Part shown: positions 1 through 9,648 of the stretch, in pieces | How the letters are laid out: every line of letters begins with the position of its first letter | How positions within the stretch are numbered: position 1 is the stretch's first letter | From: Candidatus Omnitrophota bacterium | GTDB taxonomy: Bacteria > Omnitrophota > Gorgyraeia > Zapsychrales > Fredricksoniimonadaceae | Direction of reading: 5' to 3' | Length of the DNA: 64,000 nucleotides | Assembly: GCA_963828495.1 (NCBI GenBank) | Contig: CAWHFJ010000009.1 | Location: 170,338 to 234,337 of the forward strand | Translations under genes and position numbers: made by a program | The notes under the pieces: model-generated | Database searches by the model: none | Told to the model about the DNA's origin: nothing | Seen by the model: only the letters and a program-made list of their open reading frames with translations

Positions 1-533
1 GCTTTTTTAAAAATCTTTTGGACCATGATCTCGTCTATCGCGGCCTTGCCCTCTTTAAGGTCCGCGCATATATAAACGCCTTTGCCGGCGGCAATACCGT
101 CGGCCTTGACGACCAAGGGAAACCGGGCTTGTTGTAAAAAAGTTAGGGCCAACGCCGGGGCATTAAAAACCTTATACCCTGCAGTCGGAATATGGCGCCG
201 CTGCATGAATTCCTTGGCAAAGACCTTGCTGCCCTCTAATTGCGCAGCCGCTTGCGAAGGTCCAAAGATTTTCAACCCTTTTTGCGCAAAAGCGTCTACG
301 ACACCGCCCACCAAAGACACTTCCGGACCGACAACGGTCAAATCAATTTTTTTCTGCAAAGCAAAGGTCAACAGCCCGTCTATATCCTCAACGCCGATGG
401 CGACACATTCGGCCATCTGCGCGATACCGCCGTTACCCGGCGCGCAATAAAGTCTTTTGACTTTAGCCGACTGTTTGATTTTCCAGCACAGCGCATGTTC
501 CCGCCCGCCGGAGCCTATCACTAAAATATTCAT
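1..533 (-). CDS. purD: Phosphoribosylamine--glycine ligase PurD, N-terminal ~177 codons; gene runs off the left window edge
   Basis: Not in the ORF track because no stop lies in the window. Minus-strand reading from ATG 533-531 gives MNILVIGSGGREHALCWKIKQS..YCAPGNGGI..VVGPE..LEGSKVFAKEFM..VVKADGIAAGKGV, the PurD N-domain/ATP-grasp pattern. It ends a string of pur genes. Confidence 0.85.
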   Translation of the reverse strand, partial: MNILVIGSGGREHALCWKIKQSAKVKRLYCAPGNGGIAQMAECVAIGVEDIDGLLTFALQKKIDLTVVGPEVSLVGGVVDAFAQKGLKIFGPSQAAAQLEGSKVFAKEFMQRRHIPTAGYKVFNAPALALTFLQQARFPLVVKADGIAAGKGVYICADLKEGKAAIDEIMVQKIFKK

Positions 534-567
534 TAACACCCCTATGCACTTGTCTATATTGTAAGTA

Positions 568-771
568 ATAAATTTGTTCTTTTTGCTCCTGGAATCGTTT
601 TTTTAACGCCAAAAATTCTTATGCTGGTTCGGTGGTCAAACAACTCGCTCTTTATTTCTCTAGAAATAAAGAGCTCAAACAAGTTTGACCATTTAAGACT
701 GAAGTCTTAAATACCCTCACCATCATAAGTTTTTTGGCTAAAAACTACAGTCGCAAAAAGAACAAATTTAT
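568..771. repeat. ~204-bp foldback (MITE-like) element in the purM-purD spacer
   Basis: 19-nt perfect terminal inverted repeats ATAAATTTGTTCTTTTTGC (568-586) and GCAAAAAGAACAAATTTAT (753-771). The arms stay partly complementary inward (GGTCAAAC 634-641 with GTTTGACC 683-690). The centre is an 11-bp perfect hairpin CTCTTTATTTC-tcta-GAAATAAAGAG (648-673). Confidence 0.5.
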
Positions 772-774
772 CCC

Positions 775-1797
775 TTACATATGCATGCGTCTAGAGCTGA
801 AAACAACTTTGCGCTTTGAGTCCTGTACCACTCTACCGATAACAAACGACTCTACTTTTTGAGTGCGTAAAAAGGCCTGCACGCCTACGACATCTTTGAC
901 AGAGACCACAAGGGCAAAGCCAATGCCCATATTAAACGTGCGGTACATCTCTTGATCGGGCACACGGCCTTTGTCCTGAATCAGAGCGAATATCCTGGGG
1001 ACCGGCCAACTGCCTTTGTGTACGGCAAAACATAGGCCTTGCGGCAGGACCTTGGTCAACTTTTCATACCATGCCCCGCCGGTCATATGCGCCATGCCCT
1101 TGACGGCAAATTTTGCCAATAGCGCCAATACCGGTTTAACATAAATGCAGGTGGGCTTAAGCAAAATCTGCGCATACTGCTTTTGCTCTTTAAGGCTTAA
1201 GGCCTTGCGGGCCAGCGCATACCCATTGGAATGTAACCCCGAAGAAGGAAGGCCCAGCAGCACATCATCGGATTTGATCCCACTCCCATCAATGATCCCG
1301 TTCCTCTCTACCACTCCGACGGTAAATCCCGCCAAATCATAATCCTCACCTGTGTACATGTCCGGCATTTCCGCGGTTTCCCCTCCGATTAAGGCACAAC
1401 CGGCCAGCCGGCATCCATTGATAATCCCTTTCATCACCTCTTGCATGACGGTTGCATTCAGTTTGCCGACGGCCATGTAATCCAGAAAAAACAACGGCTT
1501 AGCCCCGGTGCACAGGATATCGTTGACGTTCATGGCGACTAAATCAATACCCACCGTGTCATGCTTGCCCACCAGATTGGCTATTAATAATTTTGTCCCA
1601 ACTCCGTCGGTAGAAGAAACTAAAACCGGATTTTTATATTTCAAAGAACTCAAATCAAACAAAGCCCCAAAAGACCCCGGACGATTAATAACGTTCGCGG
1701 ACAAAGTCGAGTGTGCCATCCGTTTGATGACATCCACAAACCGGTTGGCCGCCTCAATATCCACACCTGCTTTTTTATAAGTCAATTTTTGAGCCAT
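775..1797 (-). CDS. purM: Phosphoribosylformylglycinamidine cyclo-ligase (AIR synthetase)
   Basis: ORF 775..1902. The PurM-like sequence begins at MAQKLTYKKAGVDIEAANRF (ATG 1797-1795). The 35 upstream codons (..WIPAFAGMT..) are read-through of the hairpin repeat at 1835-1859. Motifs GSFGALF, VSSTDGVGTK, GGETAEMP, GLHSNGY. Confidence 0.9.
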   Translation of the reverse strand: MAQKLTYKKAGVDIEAANRFVDVIKRMAHSTLSANVINRPGSFGALFDLSSLKYKNPVLVSSTDGVGTKLLIANLVGKHDTVGIDLVAMNVNDILCTGAKPLFFLDYMAVGKLNATVMQEVMKGIINGCRLAGCALIGGETAEMPDMYTGEDYDLAGFTVGVVERNGIIDGSGIKSDDVLLGLPSSGLHSNGYALARKALSLKEQKQYAQILLKPTCIYVKPVLALLAKFAVKGMAHMTGGAWYEKLTKVLPQGLCFAVHKGSWPVPRIFALIQDKGRVPDQEMYRTFNMGIGFALVVSVKDVVGVQAFLRTQKVESFVIGRVVQDSKRKVVFSSRRMHM

Positions 1798-1834
1798 ACA
1801 TGTCCCCGTGTGCTCATTCCTCTTAATTTCCAGT

Positions 1835-1859
1835 GTCATTCCCGCGAAAGCGGGAATCC
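1835..1859. repeat. 25-nt hairpin repeat, copy 1 (GTCATTCCCGCGAAAGCGGGAATCC)
   Basis: Self-complementary ATTCCCGC-GAAA-GCGGGAAT (8-bp stem, GNRA loop). It is inverted relative to copies at 2161, 2373 and 21537. Confidence 0.85.
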
Positions 1860-2156
1860 AAAATAACTTAACTTCACCAAATCTAAAAATAAATCCTCCC
1901 ATTCAGGATTCATCTGCTCAATCAATTCAACCTTCCATTCCCTACGCCATTTCTTCATTTGTTTCTCTCTGGTAATAGCACTCCTTATACCGCCTGTTTG
2001 CTCAAAATAAACCAATTGATGGACTCCATATTTCTTTGTAAAACCATCTACTAAATCATTTTTGTGTTCATAGGCCCTCTTGATCAAATCATTCGTTACG
2101 CCTATATACAATGTTCCATTTTTCTTGCTGGCTAATATGTATACATAATATTCCAT
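1836..2156 (-). CDS. Small GIY-YIG (URI-domain, YhbQ/UPF0213-like) nuclease family protein
   Basis: MEYYVYILASKKNGTLYIGVTNDLIKRAYEHK.. matches the GIY..YIG..R..H layout, with a downstream E (REKQMKKW). The last codons (..GFPLSRE) run into the flanking hairpin repeat. Confidence 0.75.
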   Translation of the reverse strand: MEYYVYILASKKNGTLYIGVTNDLIKRAYEHKNDLVDGFTKKYGVHQLVYFEQTGGIRSAITREKQMKKWRREWKVELIEQMNPEWEDLFLDLVKLSYFGFPLSRE

Positions 2157-2160
2157 TTAT

Positions 2161-2185
2161 GGATTCCCGCTTTCGCGGAAATGAC
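2161..2185. repeat. 25-nt hairpin repeat, copy 2 (GGATTCCCGCTTTCGCGGAAATGAC, one mismatch in stem)
   Basis: Begins 5 nt upstream of the GIY-YIG start (2156). It is in inverted orientation to copy 1, so the two bracket the GIY-YIG gene. Confidence 0.85.
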
Positions 2186-2372
2186 ACTGTTCAGCATAGT
2201 AAACCATTAGAAGGCTGATGCCGATATGTTTTCCTGCGTATAAAAATCTGCACCGTTGCCTTCGGCTAAATCTTCTCGCGTGACCAATTCTTTGGCACCA
2301 ACGTTTCCAGCGTGAACGGCAGCATTTTAGCAGGAAAATATATCGGTGTCAGCCGTCCATGCTACATATCCT

Positions 2373-2397
2373 GGATTCCCGCTTTCGCGGGAATGAC
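2373..2397. repeat. 25-nt hairpin repeat, copy 3 (GGATTCCCGCTTTCGCGGGAATGAC)
   Basis: Perfect hairpin lying 7 nt downstream of the purQ stop (2404), in the same orientation as copy 2. Confidence 0.85.
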
Positions 2398-2403
2398 AAC
2401 GGG

Positions 2404-3222
2404 CTATTTACTTAATAAATTTTCCTTCACATAATTAACGCCGTTCTCAAATATTTTCGCACCGTCGCCGAATTCACTCTTTTTTAACAGGCGCGTCCAG
2501 AACGGATGCTGCTCAAACAAAAAATGGCGCTCCGGATGCGGCATCAAGCCCAAAACCCGTCCGGTGGTATCACAAATGCCCGCAATATCATCGACAGACC
2601 CGTTAGGGTTGGCCGGATACGCAGGCTTACCCCCACCGGGCGCGCTATAACGAAACACGACCTGCCCACGGGCCATGAGCGCTTCCAGCACCTTGGCGTC
2701 CTTCGGGATAAACTTTCCCTCGGCATGGGCCACCGGCAGATAAATTTCCTTCGCAATGCCCTTGGTCCACACACAGCGGCCTGCCCCGCCAACAGCGGGA
2801 CCTTCGGCTTTCAAATGCACCCAACGGGCCTCGAATTTAGCCGAATCATTATAAAACAAGGTCGCTTCCTGTCCGATATTCCATCCCAACCCCGGTAAAA
2901 TGCCGGCCTTGGCCAAAACCTGAAACCCGTTACATATGCCGATGATTAATTTACCCTCATGGATAAATTGCTTAATGTCTTCTCCTAATTTTAAACGCAA
3001 TTCATTAGCCAGAATGCGGCCGGAAGCAATGTCATCCCCGTAGCTAAACCCGCCGGGCAAAGCCATAATATGATAATCCCTTAATTTTTTAACGCCAGAC
3101 ACCAAAGCATTCACATGGACCTGCTCCACTTGGGCGCCGCAACGGCTGAAGGCAAACGCCGTTTCCTCGTTGCAGTTGGTGCCCGCTGTGCGAAGGACTA
3201 TGACTTTAACATGTGTAGACAT
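2404..3222 (-). CDS. purQ: Phosphoribosylformylglycinamidine synthase, glutaminase subunit
   Basis: 272 aa. Motifs ALPGGFSYGDD, GICNGFQVL (nucleophile Cys) and MPHPER, in pur operon context. Confidence 0.9.
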   Translation of the reverse strand: MSTHVKVIVLRTAGTNCNEETAFAFSRCGAQVEQVHVNALVSGVKKLRDYHIMALPGGFSYGDDIASGRILANELRLKLGEDIKQFIHEGKLIIGICNGFQVLAKAGILPGLGWNIGQEATLFYNDSAKFEARWVHLKAEGPAVGGAGRCVWTKGIAKEIYLPVAHAEGKFIPKDAKVLEALMARGQVVFRYSAPGGGKPAYPANPNGSVDDIAGICDTTGRVLGLMPHPERHFLFEQHPFWTRLLKKSEFGDGAKIFENGVNYVKENLLSK

Positions 3223-3894
3223 TTATTTCTTTTTCTTGGCGTAAAATTTCTTAATAATCCCAACAACATCTTCCGGCTTGTCGGCCAATTGGATAATATC
3301 CAAATCATTGGGCTCAATGCAGCCTTCCTCTAATATAGTCCCCTTGAGCCACTCCAAGAGCCCTTTCCAGTATTGGCTTCCAAAAAGGACAACCGGGAAT
3401 TTATCCATACGCCTGGTCTGAATCAACGTAATGCTTTCGGATAATTCATCCAGCGTGCCGTAACCGCCGGGGAAAATCACGAAAGCTTTGGCGTATTTGA
3501 CAAAACACACCTTGCGGCAAAAAAAGTAATGAAAACTAATCAAATGATTGATATACGGATTGGGCTTCTGCTCAAAAGGTAAATCAATATTTAACCCGAT
3601 GGACTTGCCCCCGGCCGCGGCAGCCCCTTTATTGCTCGCTTCCATGATGCTAGGGCCTCCGCCCGTGATGATCGCGTAACCGGCTTTAGCCAATAATGCC
3701 GCGGTCTTTTCCGCGGCTTTATAATAGGGATGTCCGGGTTTAATGCGCGAAGAGCCAAATACCGTCACCGCCGGACCTATATCTTTGAGTTCTTCAAATC
3801 CATCAACAAATTCCGCCATAATGCGGAAGATGCGCCATGGATCTTCCATCATCTCCAGATCAGGAGCCTGCGTATACTTTTTTATTTTGGACAT
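3223..3894 (-). CDS. LOG/TIGR00730-family Rossmann-fold nucleotide 5'-monophosphate nucleosidase-like protein
   Basis: 223 aa. Motifs VTVFGSSR, ITGGGPSIMEA and the hallmark PGGYGTLDEL. Its stop codon directly abuts the purQ start (3222/3223). Confidence 0.8.
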   Translation of the reverse strand: MSKIKKYTQAPDLEMMEDPWRIFRIMAEFVDGFEELKDIGPAVTVFGSSRIKPGHPYYKAAEKTAALLAKAGYAIITGGGPSIMEASNKGAAAAGGKSIGLNIDLPFEQKPNPYINHLISFHYFFCRKVCFVKYAKAFVIFPGGYGTLDELSESITLIQTRRMDKFPVVLFGSQYWKGLLEWLKGTILEEGCIEPNDLDIIQLADKPEDVVGIIKKFYAKKKK

Positions 3895-3915
3895 AAATTA
3901 CCTCTCTTGAGATCC

Positions 3916-6812
3916 TTATTTTAACGGTGCTTGCCAGATTTCTTTAAGTCCACCTGCTCGGGCATTGACGACCGGCCGGTCTTTAAGGCCATAGATAACA
4001 ATTTCCTCTGTGGCTTCCACTGTGCCAATTTTCGCGTAAGCAATGCCTTTGAGAATTTTGGCCAGCGCCTTCTCTTGAGAAGCCGACACCTCGACAATGA
4101 AGCGCGAATTGCTCTCGGAAAAAAGCAAAACATCATTGCGCTTCCGGGCCCCTTTAAAAGGCATATCTTTTAATAAAACCGTTGCCCCCAAACCGCCGGC
4201 CATAGCCATTTCCGCCAGGGCGACCCCCAATCCGCCTTCAGAGCAATCATGCATCGCAGCGATTAATCCCGACTGGACTGCACGTTGGAGAGCACGGTAA
4301 GTTTTGAGAGCTGTTTTAAAATTAACCTGCGGCACACGGCTGCCTAACTGCCCTAAATTTTCCAGATAAATCGATCCGCCCATTTCATCCAGCGTCGTGC
4401 CAATCACATAAATACTATGGCCCGGTTTTTTAAAATCCATGGTCACGCAACGCCGAACATCATCGATGATACCGATAGCGGAAATTAAAATAGTGCCCGG
4501 AATACTTAAGCTCTTGCCCTTGTGCGTATATTCATTGTATAAACTGTCCTTACCCGAAATAAACGGCGTGCCAAAGGCCGTGGCCGCCTTATAACAACCA
4601 CGGGCGCAACGCACCAAAGAACCCAGACGATCGGCCTTATCCGGGTTGCCCCAGCAAAAATTATCCAGCAAAGCTATACGGTCGAGAGATCCACCCACAG
4701 CGATGATTTGGCGGATGGCCTCATCAATGCAGGAGGCCGCCATCCAAAAAGGATCAATCATGCCATAACGCACATTGATGCCGTTGGCCACGGCAATACC
4801 GCGATCGGAATCAAGCCGGCCTCGAATGACCGCCGCATCCGACGGCCCGTCACAAGCTTGTCCCACCAAAGGCTTAACCACACTACATCCCTGCACCTCA
4901 TGGTCATAAACACGGATAACACTTTCTTTGGAGGCGACATTATAATGGCTTAACGCTTGACACAAACTTTCAGTCAAATCACCCCCGCCTCCACCAGGCA
5001 ATTTTTCTTGAAGCTTAACAGGTTTGTGATAAACCGCCTCTTTGGTTATTTGAGGCAACCCGTTATGGACAAAAGACATAGCCAAATCAGCCACCTGACG
5101 GCCGTGAAAAAACAATCGCAGCCGGCCCGAGCCGTCAAACTCACCTAGTACGGTTGCTTCCACATTCTCATCCGCAAAAATCTTTAAAAGAGCCTCGATA
5201 TTTTGACGAGGCACCGACAGAACCATGCGTTCCTGGGACTCTGAAATCCAAATCTCGTGATATTTAAGGCCTTGATATTTGAGAGGCGAGCGGTCTAAAT
5301 CAACACGGGCCCCTGTCTTCTCCCCCATCTCTCCGATGGCCGAAGAAAATCCTCCGGCCCCGCAATCGGTAATGGCCGAATACAAATTAGCCTCGCGCGC
5401 ACACAGTAAAGCATCCAGTATTTTCTTTTCCTCAATGGGGTTGCCTATCTGCACGGCCCCGGAAGAGGTGGTCTCGGATTCGCTGGTGAGCTCCCCAGAA
5501 GAAAACGTGGCGCCATGAATACCGTCGCGCCCGGTACGCCCGCCGACAGCAACAATCAAGTCCCCTGTGTTGACACGCTTGGTCTCTTTACCCTTGGGGA
5601 TGAGCCCTATATTGCCGCAAAAAACCAGCGGGTTGCCTACAAAATCCTTATCAAAAACAATGGCCCCATTGACCGTGGGGATGCCCATCTTATTGCCATA
5701 ATCACGCACCCCGGAGACGACACCCTTCATCACGCGTTTAGGATGCAATGCTCCTGAAGGCAGGCTGCCCGAGGGCGTATCCGGTGGGCCAAAACAAAAC
5801 ACATCCGTGTTACACAAAGGTTTGGCCCCAAGCCCCGTGCCTAACGTGTCCCGGATAACACCGCCTACTCCGGTATTGGCTCCGCCAAAAGGCTCAAGCG
5901 CGGAAGGGTGATTGTGGGTCTCGACTTTAAAAGAGACACAATAATCCTCATCAAAAGCAATGACCCCGGCATTGTCATGAAAAACCGAAACACACCATTT
6001 TTTCTTCAACTTTTTTGTCGCCGCGGCAATGGTGGTCTTAAAAAGGCTGCGGATGATTTGCGCTTGTCCCTGCTTTCCCTCGCGGTAGCGAATAATCCCA
6101 CGAAAAGTTTTATGCCCGCAATGCTCGCTCCAGGTCTGTGCGATGGTTTCTAATTCCACGTCCGTGGGGTTGCGGGATTCTCTGCGAAAATAATCTTGGA
6201 TCGCTTTCATCTCATTGAGATTTAAATACAATTGGCCTTTGCGGGAAATTTCTGCCAGCGTCTTGTCCTTGGCAAACAACAAATCTATGGTCCTCACATC
6301 AAATTTAGACGCTGATGGCCCCGCAGGTTGTAATGTCACCGGCACATGCGCAGGGTCTGCCACGACATGCTGGATCAGTTTATTCATCAGCACACGGCGG
6401 GTGAAGCCTCCCAACTGTTGGGCTGTAAGCTCACCGTAAATATGATACTGTTTGGCTGTGCGTACATTCACAATGCCCTCAACACCTAAATCGCGGATGC
6501 CTTTGATGGTAGAGGCTTCCACAGGGTCCATGACTCCCGGATTATACGCAATTTCAACGACGTGGTGTGTAGAGGATTGCAGGGGAAGATTAAGATCAAA
6601 ACTGTATTGCTCAACCAGTGGGTCCACCAGAAGCTCATCGCAGATACGCTTGACTTCCTGACGGCTGATGTTCCTTCCAAAAGATAAACGGATACGGCCC
6701 TCACCTGCGCCACACGACCGGGAAACCCCGCATCGGCTATGTCACGGGCAATGGATCCGCCGACGGAATCCAAGATCCCGTCTTTTTGTCTGACTTCAAC
6801 GCGCCATATCAT
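3916..6812 (-). CDS. purL: PurS-PurL fusion (FGAM synthase subunits S+L) interrupted by an apparent 1-nt frameshift near 6671-6672
   Basis: ORF 6486..6812 opens with a PurS-like domain (MIWRVEVRQKDGILDSVGG..VSVYLLEG) and then turns to nonsense. The purL frame upstream of its first Met reads NISRQEVKRICDELLVDPLVEQY, followed by a second PurS-like repeat and the PurL core (ETHNHPSALEPFGGANTGVGGVIRD). One missing base in GGA(A)ACATC joins the two frames. Confidence 0.8.
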
Positions 6813-7513
6813 TGGGTGACTCTGCGTAGTACTTCCTGATAAGCCTGTTCCACATGACCCAGATCTCGACGGAAACGGTCTTTATCCAGCTTATTGCCCG
6901 TTCCGACTTCCCATAACCGGCAGGTGTCAGGAGAAATTTCATCAGCCAGGATAATACGCTCCTGGATGCGTCCGAATTCTAACTTGAAATCAATTAATTC
7001 AATATTTAAATTTAAAAAGAACTTTTTTAGGGCTTCATTAATTTTAAAAGCCATGGCCGTAATGTGCTTGACTTCCTCATCGGACGCCCACTTCAGGGCA
7101 CGGATATGGTATTCATTGACCTGCGGGTCACCCAAAGCATCATCCTTGTAACAAAATTCCAGCGTCGGGCAGGCTAAAGCCGCCCCTTCCGCCAACCCCA
7201 GCAGGCGGCACAAAGACCCTGCCGCGCGGTTGCGGACAATGACCTCCAGGGGCACAATGTGTACGCGCCTGACTAACATCTCGCGGTCACTCAAACTTTG
7301 GACGAAATGGGTCTCTACCCCTTGGGTTTGCAAGTATTCAAAAATCTTGGTGGCGATGCGGTTATTCATAATGCCTTTTTCGGCAATGGTGCCCCTCTTC
7401 TGGGCATTGAACGCCGTGGCATCATCTTTGAAATATTGGATTATCAAACCCGGATCCTGGGTGGTATAGAGGATTTTGGCTTTGCCTTCGTATATTTTTT
7501 CGAGTTTTTTCAT
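6809..7513 (-). CDS. purC: SAICAR synthetase
   Basis: 234 aa. Motifs YEGKAKILY and PLEVIVRNRAAGS. ATGA overlap with the purS start. Confidence 0.9.
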   Translation of the reverse strand: MKKLEKIYEGKAKILYTTQDPGLIIQYFKDDATAFNAQKRGTIAEKGIMNNRIATKIFEYLQTQGVETHFVQSLSDREMLVRRVHIVPLEVIVRNRAAGSLCRLLGLAEGAALACPTLEFCYKDDALGDPQVNEYHIRALKWASDEEVKHITAMAFKINEALKKFFLNLNIELIDFKLEFGRIQERIILADEISPDTCRLWEVGTGNKLDKDRFRRDLGHVEQAYQEVLRRVTQ

Positions 7514-7526
7514 GCCTCCCTCAATG

Positions 7527-8822
7527 TTATTTTATCCCGGCTTGTTTAAAAATCTTATCCCGATGACGAATGTAATATTTGATGTCAAAGCAGGCATTGA
7601 TCTCATTTTGAGACAAATACTTGCGCACCCTGCGGTCACGAAAGAGCACATCCTTAAACTCTGTGCTTTCCTGCCAGACCTGCATGGCGCACGCTTGGAT
7701 GATTTCATACGCCGTATCGCGGGGGAGACCTTTTTTCATCAATTCCAACAAGATACGCTGCGAATAAATAAGCCCGCGGGTCTTGGAAAGGTTGGCAATC
7801 ATATTTTTGGGATAGACCAAAAGCCCCTCGATGATCGGAATGAATTTATTCAGCATATAATTAAGGGCCAGGGTGGAATCCGGCAGAATGATGCGCTCCG
7901 CCGAGGAATGGCTGATATCGCGCTCATGCCAAAGATTGATATTTTCCATGGCGACGATGGAATTGGCGCGTAAAATACGCGACAGTCCACAAATGCGCTC
8001 ACAGGTCACGGGATTACGTTTATGCGGCATGGCGGAAGAACCGATTTGCCCCTTAAAAAAAGGCTCTTCAACTTCCAGCAATTCAGTTTTTTGCAAAGCC
8101 CGTATTTCCGTGGCCATTTTTTCCAGAGAACACCCGATAATCGCCAAGACCATGACAAAATGCGCATGGGGATCGCGCTGAATGACTTGGGTCGCCACAT
8201 TCGCCGGCTTTAAACTCAATTGCTGGCAGACATATTCCTCCACAGCCGGGTCAATGTTGGCGTAGGTGCCTACCGCGCCGGAGAGTTTGCCGTAACGCAT
8301 GCCCTCGCGGGCCGCCTGCAGGCGCTCTAAATTCCGGTTCATTTCGTCATACCAGATGGCCACCTTCAAACCGAAAGTCGTAGGCTCCGCATGCACCCCA
8401 TGGGTACGCGCGATGCACACCGCGTCTTTGTATTTTTTGGCTTTTTCTTTAAGCACCACCAAAAGCTTTTTAACATCAGAAACTAAAATATCCCCGGCTT
8501 CCACGCATTGTAAGGACAAAGACGTATCTAACAAATCCGAAGAGGTCATGCCCATGTGTAAATACTGGGCTTCGGGCCCCAGACTTTGGCCGACATTTTG
8601 AATAAAAGCCACCACATCATGTTTCGTGCGCTCCTCAAGACGACGGACTTCTTCCAAATCGAATTTGGCGTTCTTGCGTATTTTTTCCATGGCGGCTTTG
8701 GGAATAGCCCCCAGCTTGGTCATAGCCTCACAAGATAACACTTCGATTTTAAGCATAATTTCCATCTTATGCTCATCAGACCAAATGCGGCTCATTTTAG
8801 AAAGGGAATAGCGGTCAATCAT
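7527..8822 (-). CDS. purB: Adenylosuccinate lyase
   Basis: 431 aa. Fumarate-lyase signature SSAMPHKRNP. First gene of the pur string. Confidence 0.9.
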   Translation of the reverse strand: MIDRYSLSKMSRIWSDEHKMEIMLKIEVLSCEAMTKLGAIPKAAMEKIRKNAKFDLEEVRRLEERTKHDVVAFIQNVGQSLGPEAQYLHMGMTSSDLLDTSLSLQCVEAGDILVSDVKKLLVVLKEKAKKYKDAVCIARTHGVHAEPTTFGLKVAIWYDEMNRNLERLQAAREGMRYGKLSGAVGTYANIDPAVEEYVCQQLSLKPANVATQVIQRDPHAHFVMVLAIIGCSLEKMATEIRALQKTELLEVEEPFFKGQIGSSAMPHKRNPVTCERICGLSRILRANSIVAMENINLWHERDISHSSAERIILPDSTLALNYMLNKFIPIIEGLLVYPKNMIANLSKTRGLIYSQRILLELMKKGLPRDTAYEIIQACAMQVWQESTEFKDVLFRDRRVRKYLSQNEINACFDIKYYIRHRDKIFKQAGIK

Positions 8823-8903
8823 GAACTCTCTCCTTCTGAATCCCCTCTTAAGACTTAAGCGGGGTTAAAAACTTGGGTCAAGGTGGGTTTCCAAAGCGGA
8901 AAT

Positions 8904-8932
8904 ACTATAGCAGAGAAGTATTAGACGGTCAA
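8904..8932 (-). promoter_or_regulatory. Sigma70-like promoter upstream of purB
   Basis: Minus strand reads TTGACC (8932-8927), a 17-nt spacer, then TATAGT (8909-8904). This lies about 80 nt upstream of the purB ATG (8822), which carries the SD GAAGGAGAG. Confidence 0.45.
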
Positions 8933-8991
8933 CTTAAAAAAAATTAAGAAGAGCGTAACCTATTGATATGTATTAAGTTAGGAAGATATTA

Positions 8992-9648
8992 TTATTTCCC
9001 CGATTTGGCTTCGGGGAACTTTTCTTCCATATACCTAACAGACTCCTGCACGCTTTCCTTCATCAGCACAGGAATGGTGGCTATTAATTTATGCCCTTGA
9101 GGGGACTGATAAAAATCAATAAACGCTTTCAAATCCTCTGCCGTAAAATTGCGGTCATAAATAGGGATCAGCCGATCAATGATTTCATCGACCTTGACCC
9201 GATCGCGGATTTTCTGGGCTTCATCCGGCTTCTCTTTAGCTATTTGCCTGAGCATCAATTCAAAATTATTGGACAATGCCTGGCGGGTACCAAAGACATC
9301 GATAAATTTCAGGATCAATGCTTTCTTTTCCGGGTCGACTGTTGGCGCTTCAACAGGGCTGGGGGCAACGGCCGGCTGTGGCGCAGCAACGGCCTGGGGT
9401 GCGGCAACGGGAGCGCCTTGGGGGGCCGCTTGTGGTTGTACGGCGCCAAAGGGCTTGCCGTCCACATCCTTAATCTCATCTGCGTAATACGTCATGGACA
9501 CTCCGTCTACGCTGATCTGCAGACTCTTAGCGTCTTGTTGAAGTATTTTTCCCTCCACCGAACGGCCATCCGTCAAATTAACAACCTCTGCACGGGCCCA
9601 TCCGGTTGCCAAAAACATCATGACGAACATCATTGTCCCAATACGCAT
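8992..9648 (-). CDS. Secreted protein with a small N-terminal beta domain, a Pro/Ala-rich linker and a DUF2059-like C-terminal domain
   Basis: Likely start is MRIGTMMFVMMFLATGWARA (ATG 9648, SD AAGAGGA), which looks like a signal peptide. The C-terminal KKALILKFIDV..DLKAFIDFYQSPQGHKL resembles DUF2059. The track ORF extends to 9747. Confidence 0.6.
   Translation of the reverse strand: MRIGTMMFVMMFLATGWARAEVVNLTDGRSVEGKILQQDAKSLQISVDGVSMTYYADEIKDVDGKPFGAVQPQAAPQGAPVAAPQAVAAPQPAVAPSPVEAPTVDPEKKALILKFIDVFGTRQALSNNFELMLRQIAKEKPDEAQKIRDRVKVDEIIDRLIPIYDRNFTAEDLKAFIDFYQSPQGHKLIATIPVLMKESVQESVRYMEEKFPEAKSGK

Noticed and set aside
1798-1902. N-terminal extension of purM (MGGFIFRFGEVKLFWIPAFAGMTLEIKRNEHTGTC) as real protein sequence.
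   Set aside because: The extension is read-through of the hairpin repeat (..IPAFAGMT..). PurM homology starts at the internal Met at 1797.
6660-6690. Programmed ribosomal frameshifting at the purS/purL, accA, bioF or ackA junctions.
   Set aside because: I saw no slippery heptamer or downstream stimulatory structure. The same kind of lesion recurs at many unrelated short homopolymers, which fits sequencing error or decay better.
8823-8903. Purine riboswitch in the purB leader.
   Set aside because: The ~80-nt leader has only a short imperfect hairpin around CTTAAGTCTTAAG. I saw none of the conserved purine-riboswitch loop or junction sequences.
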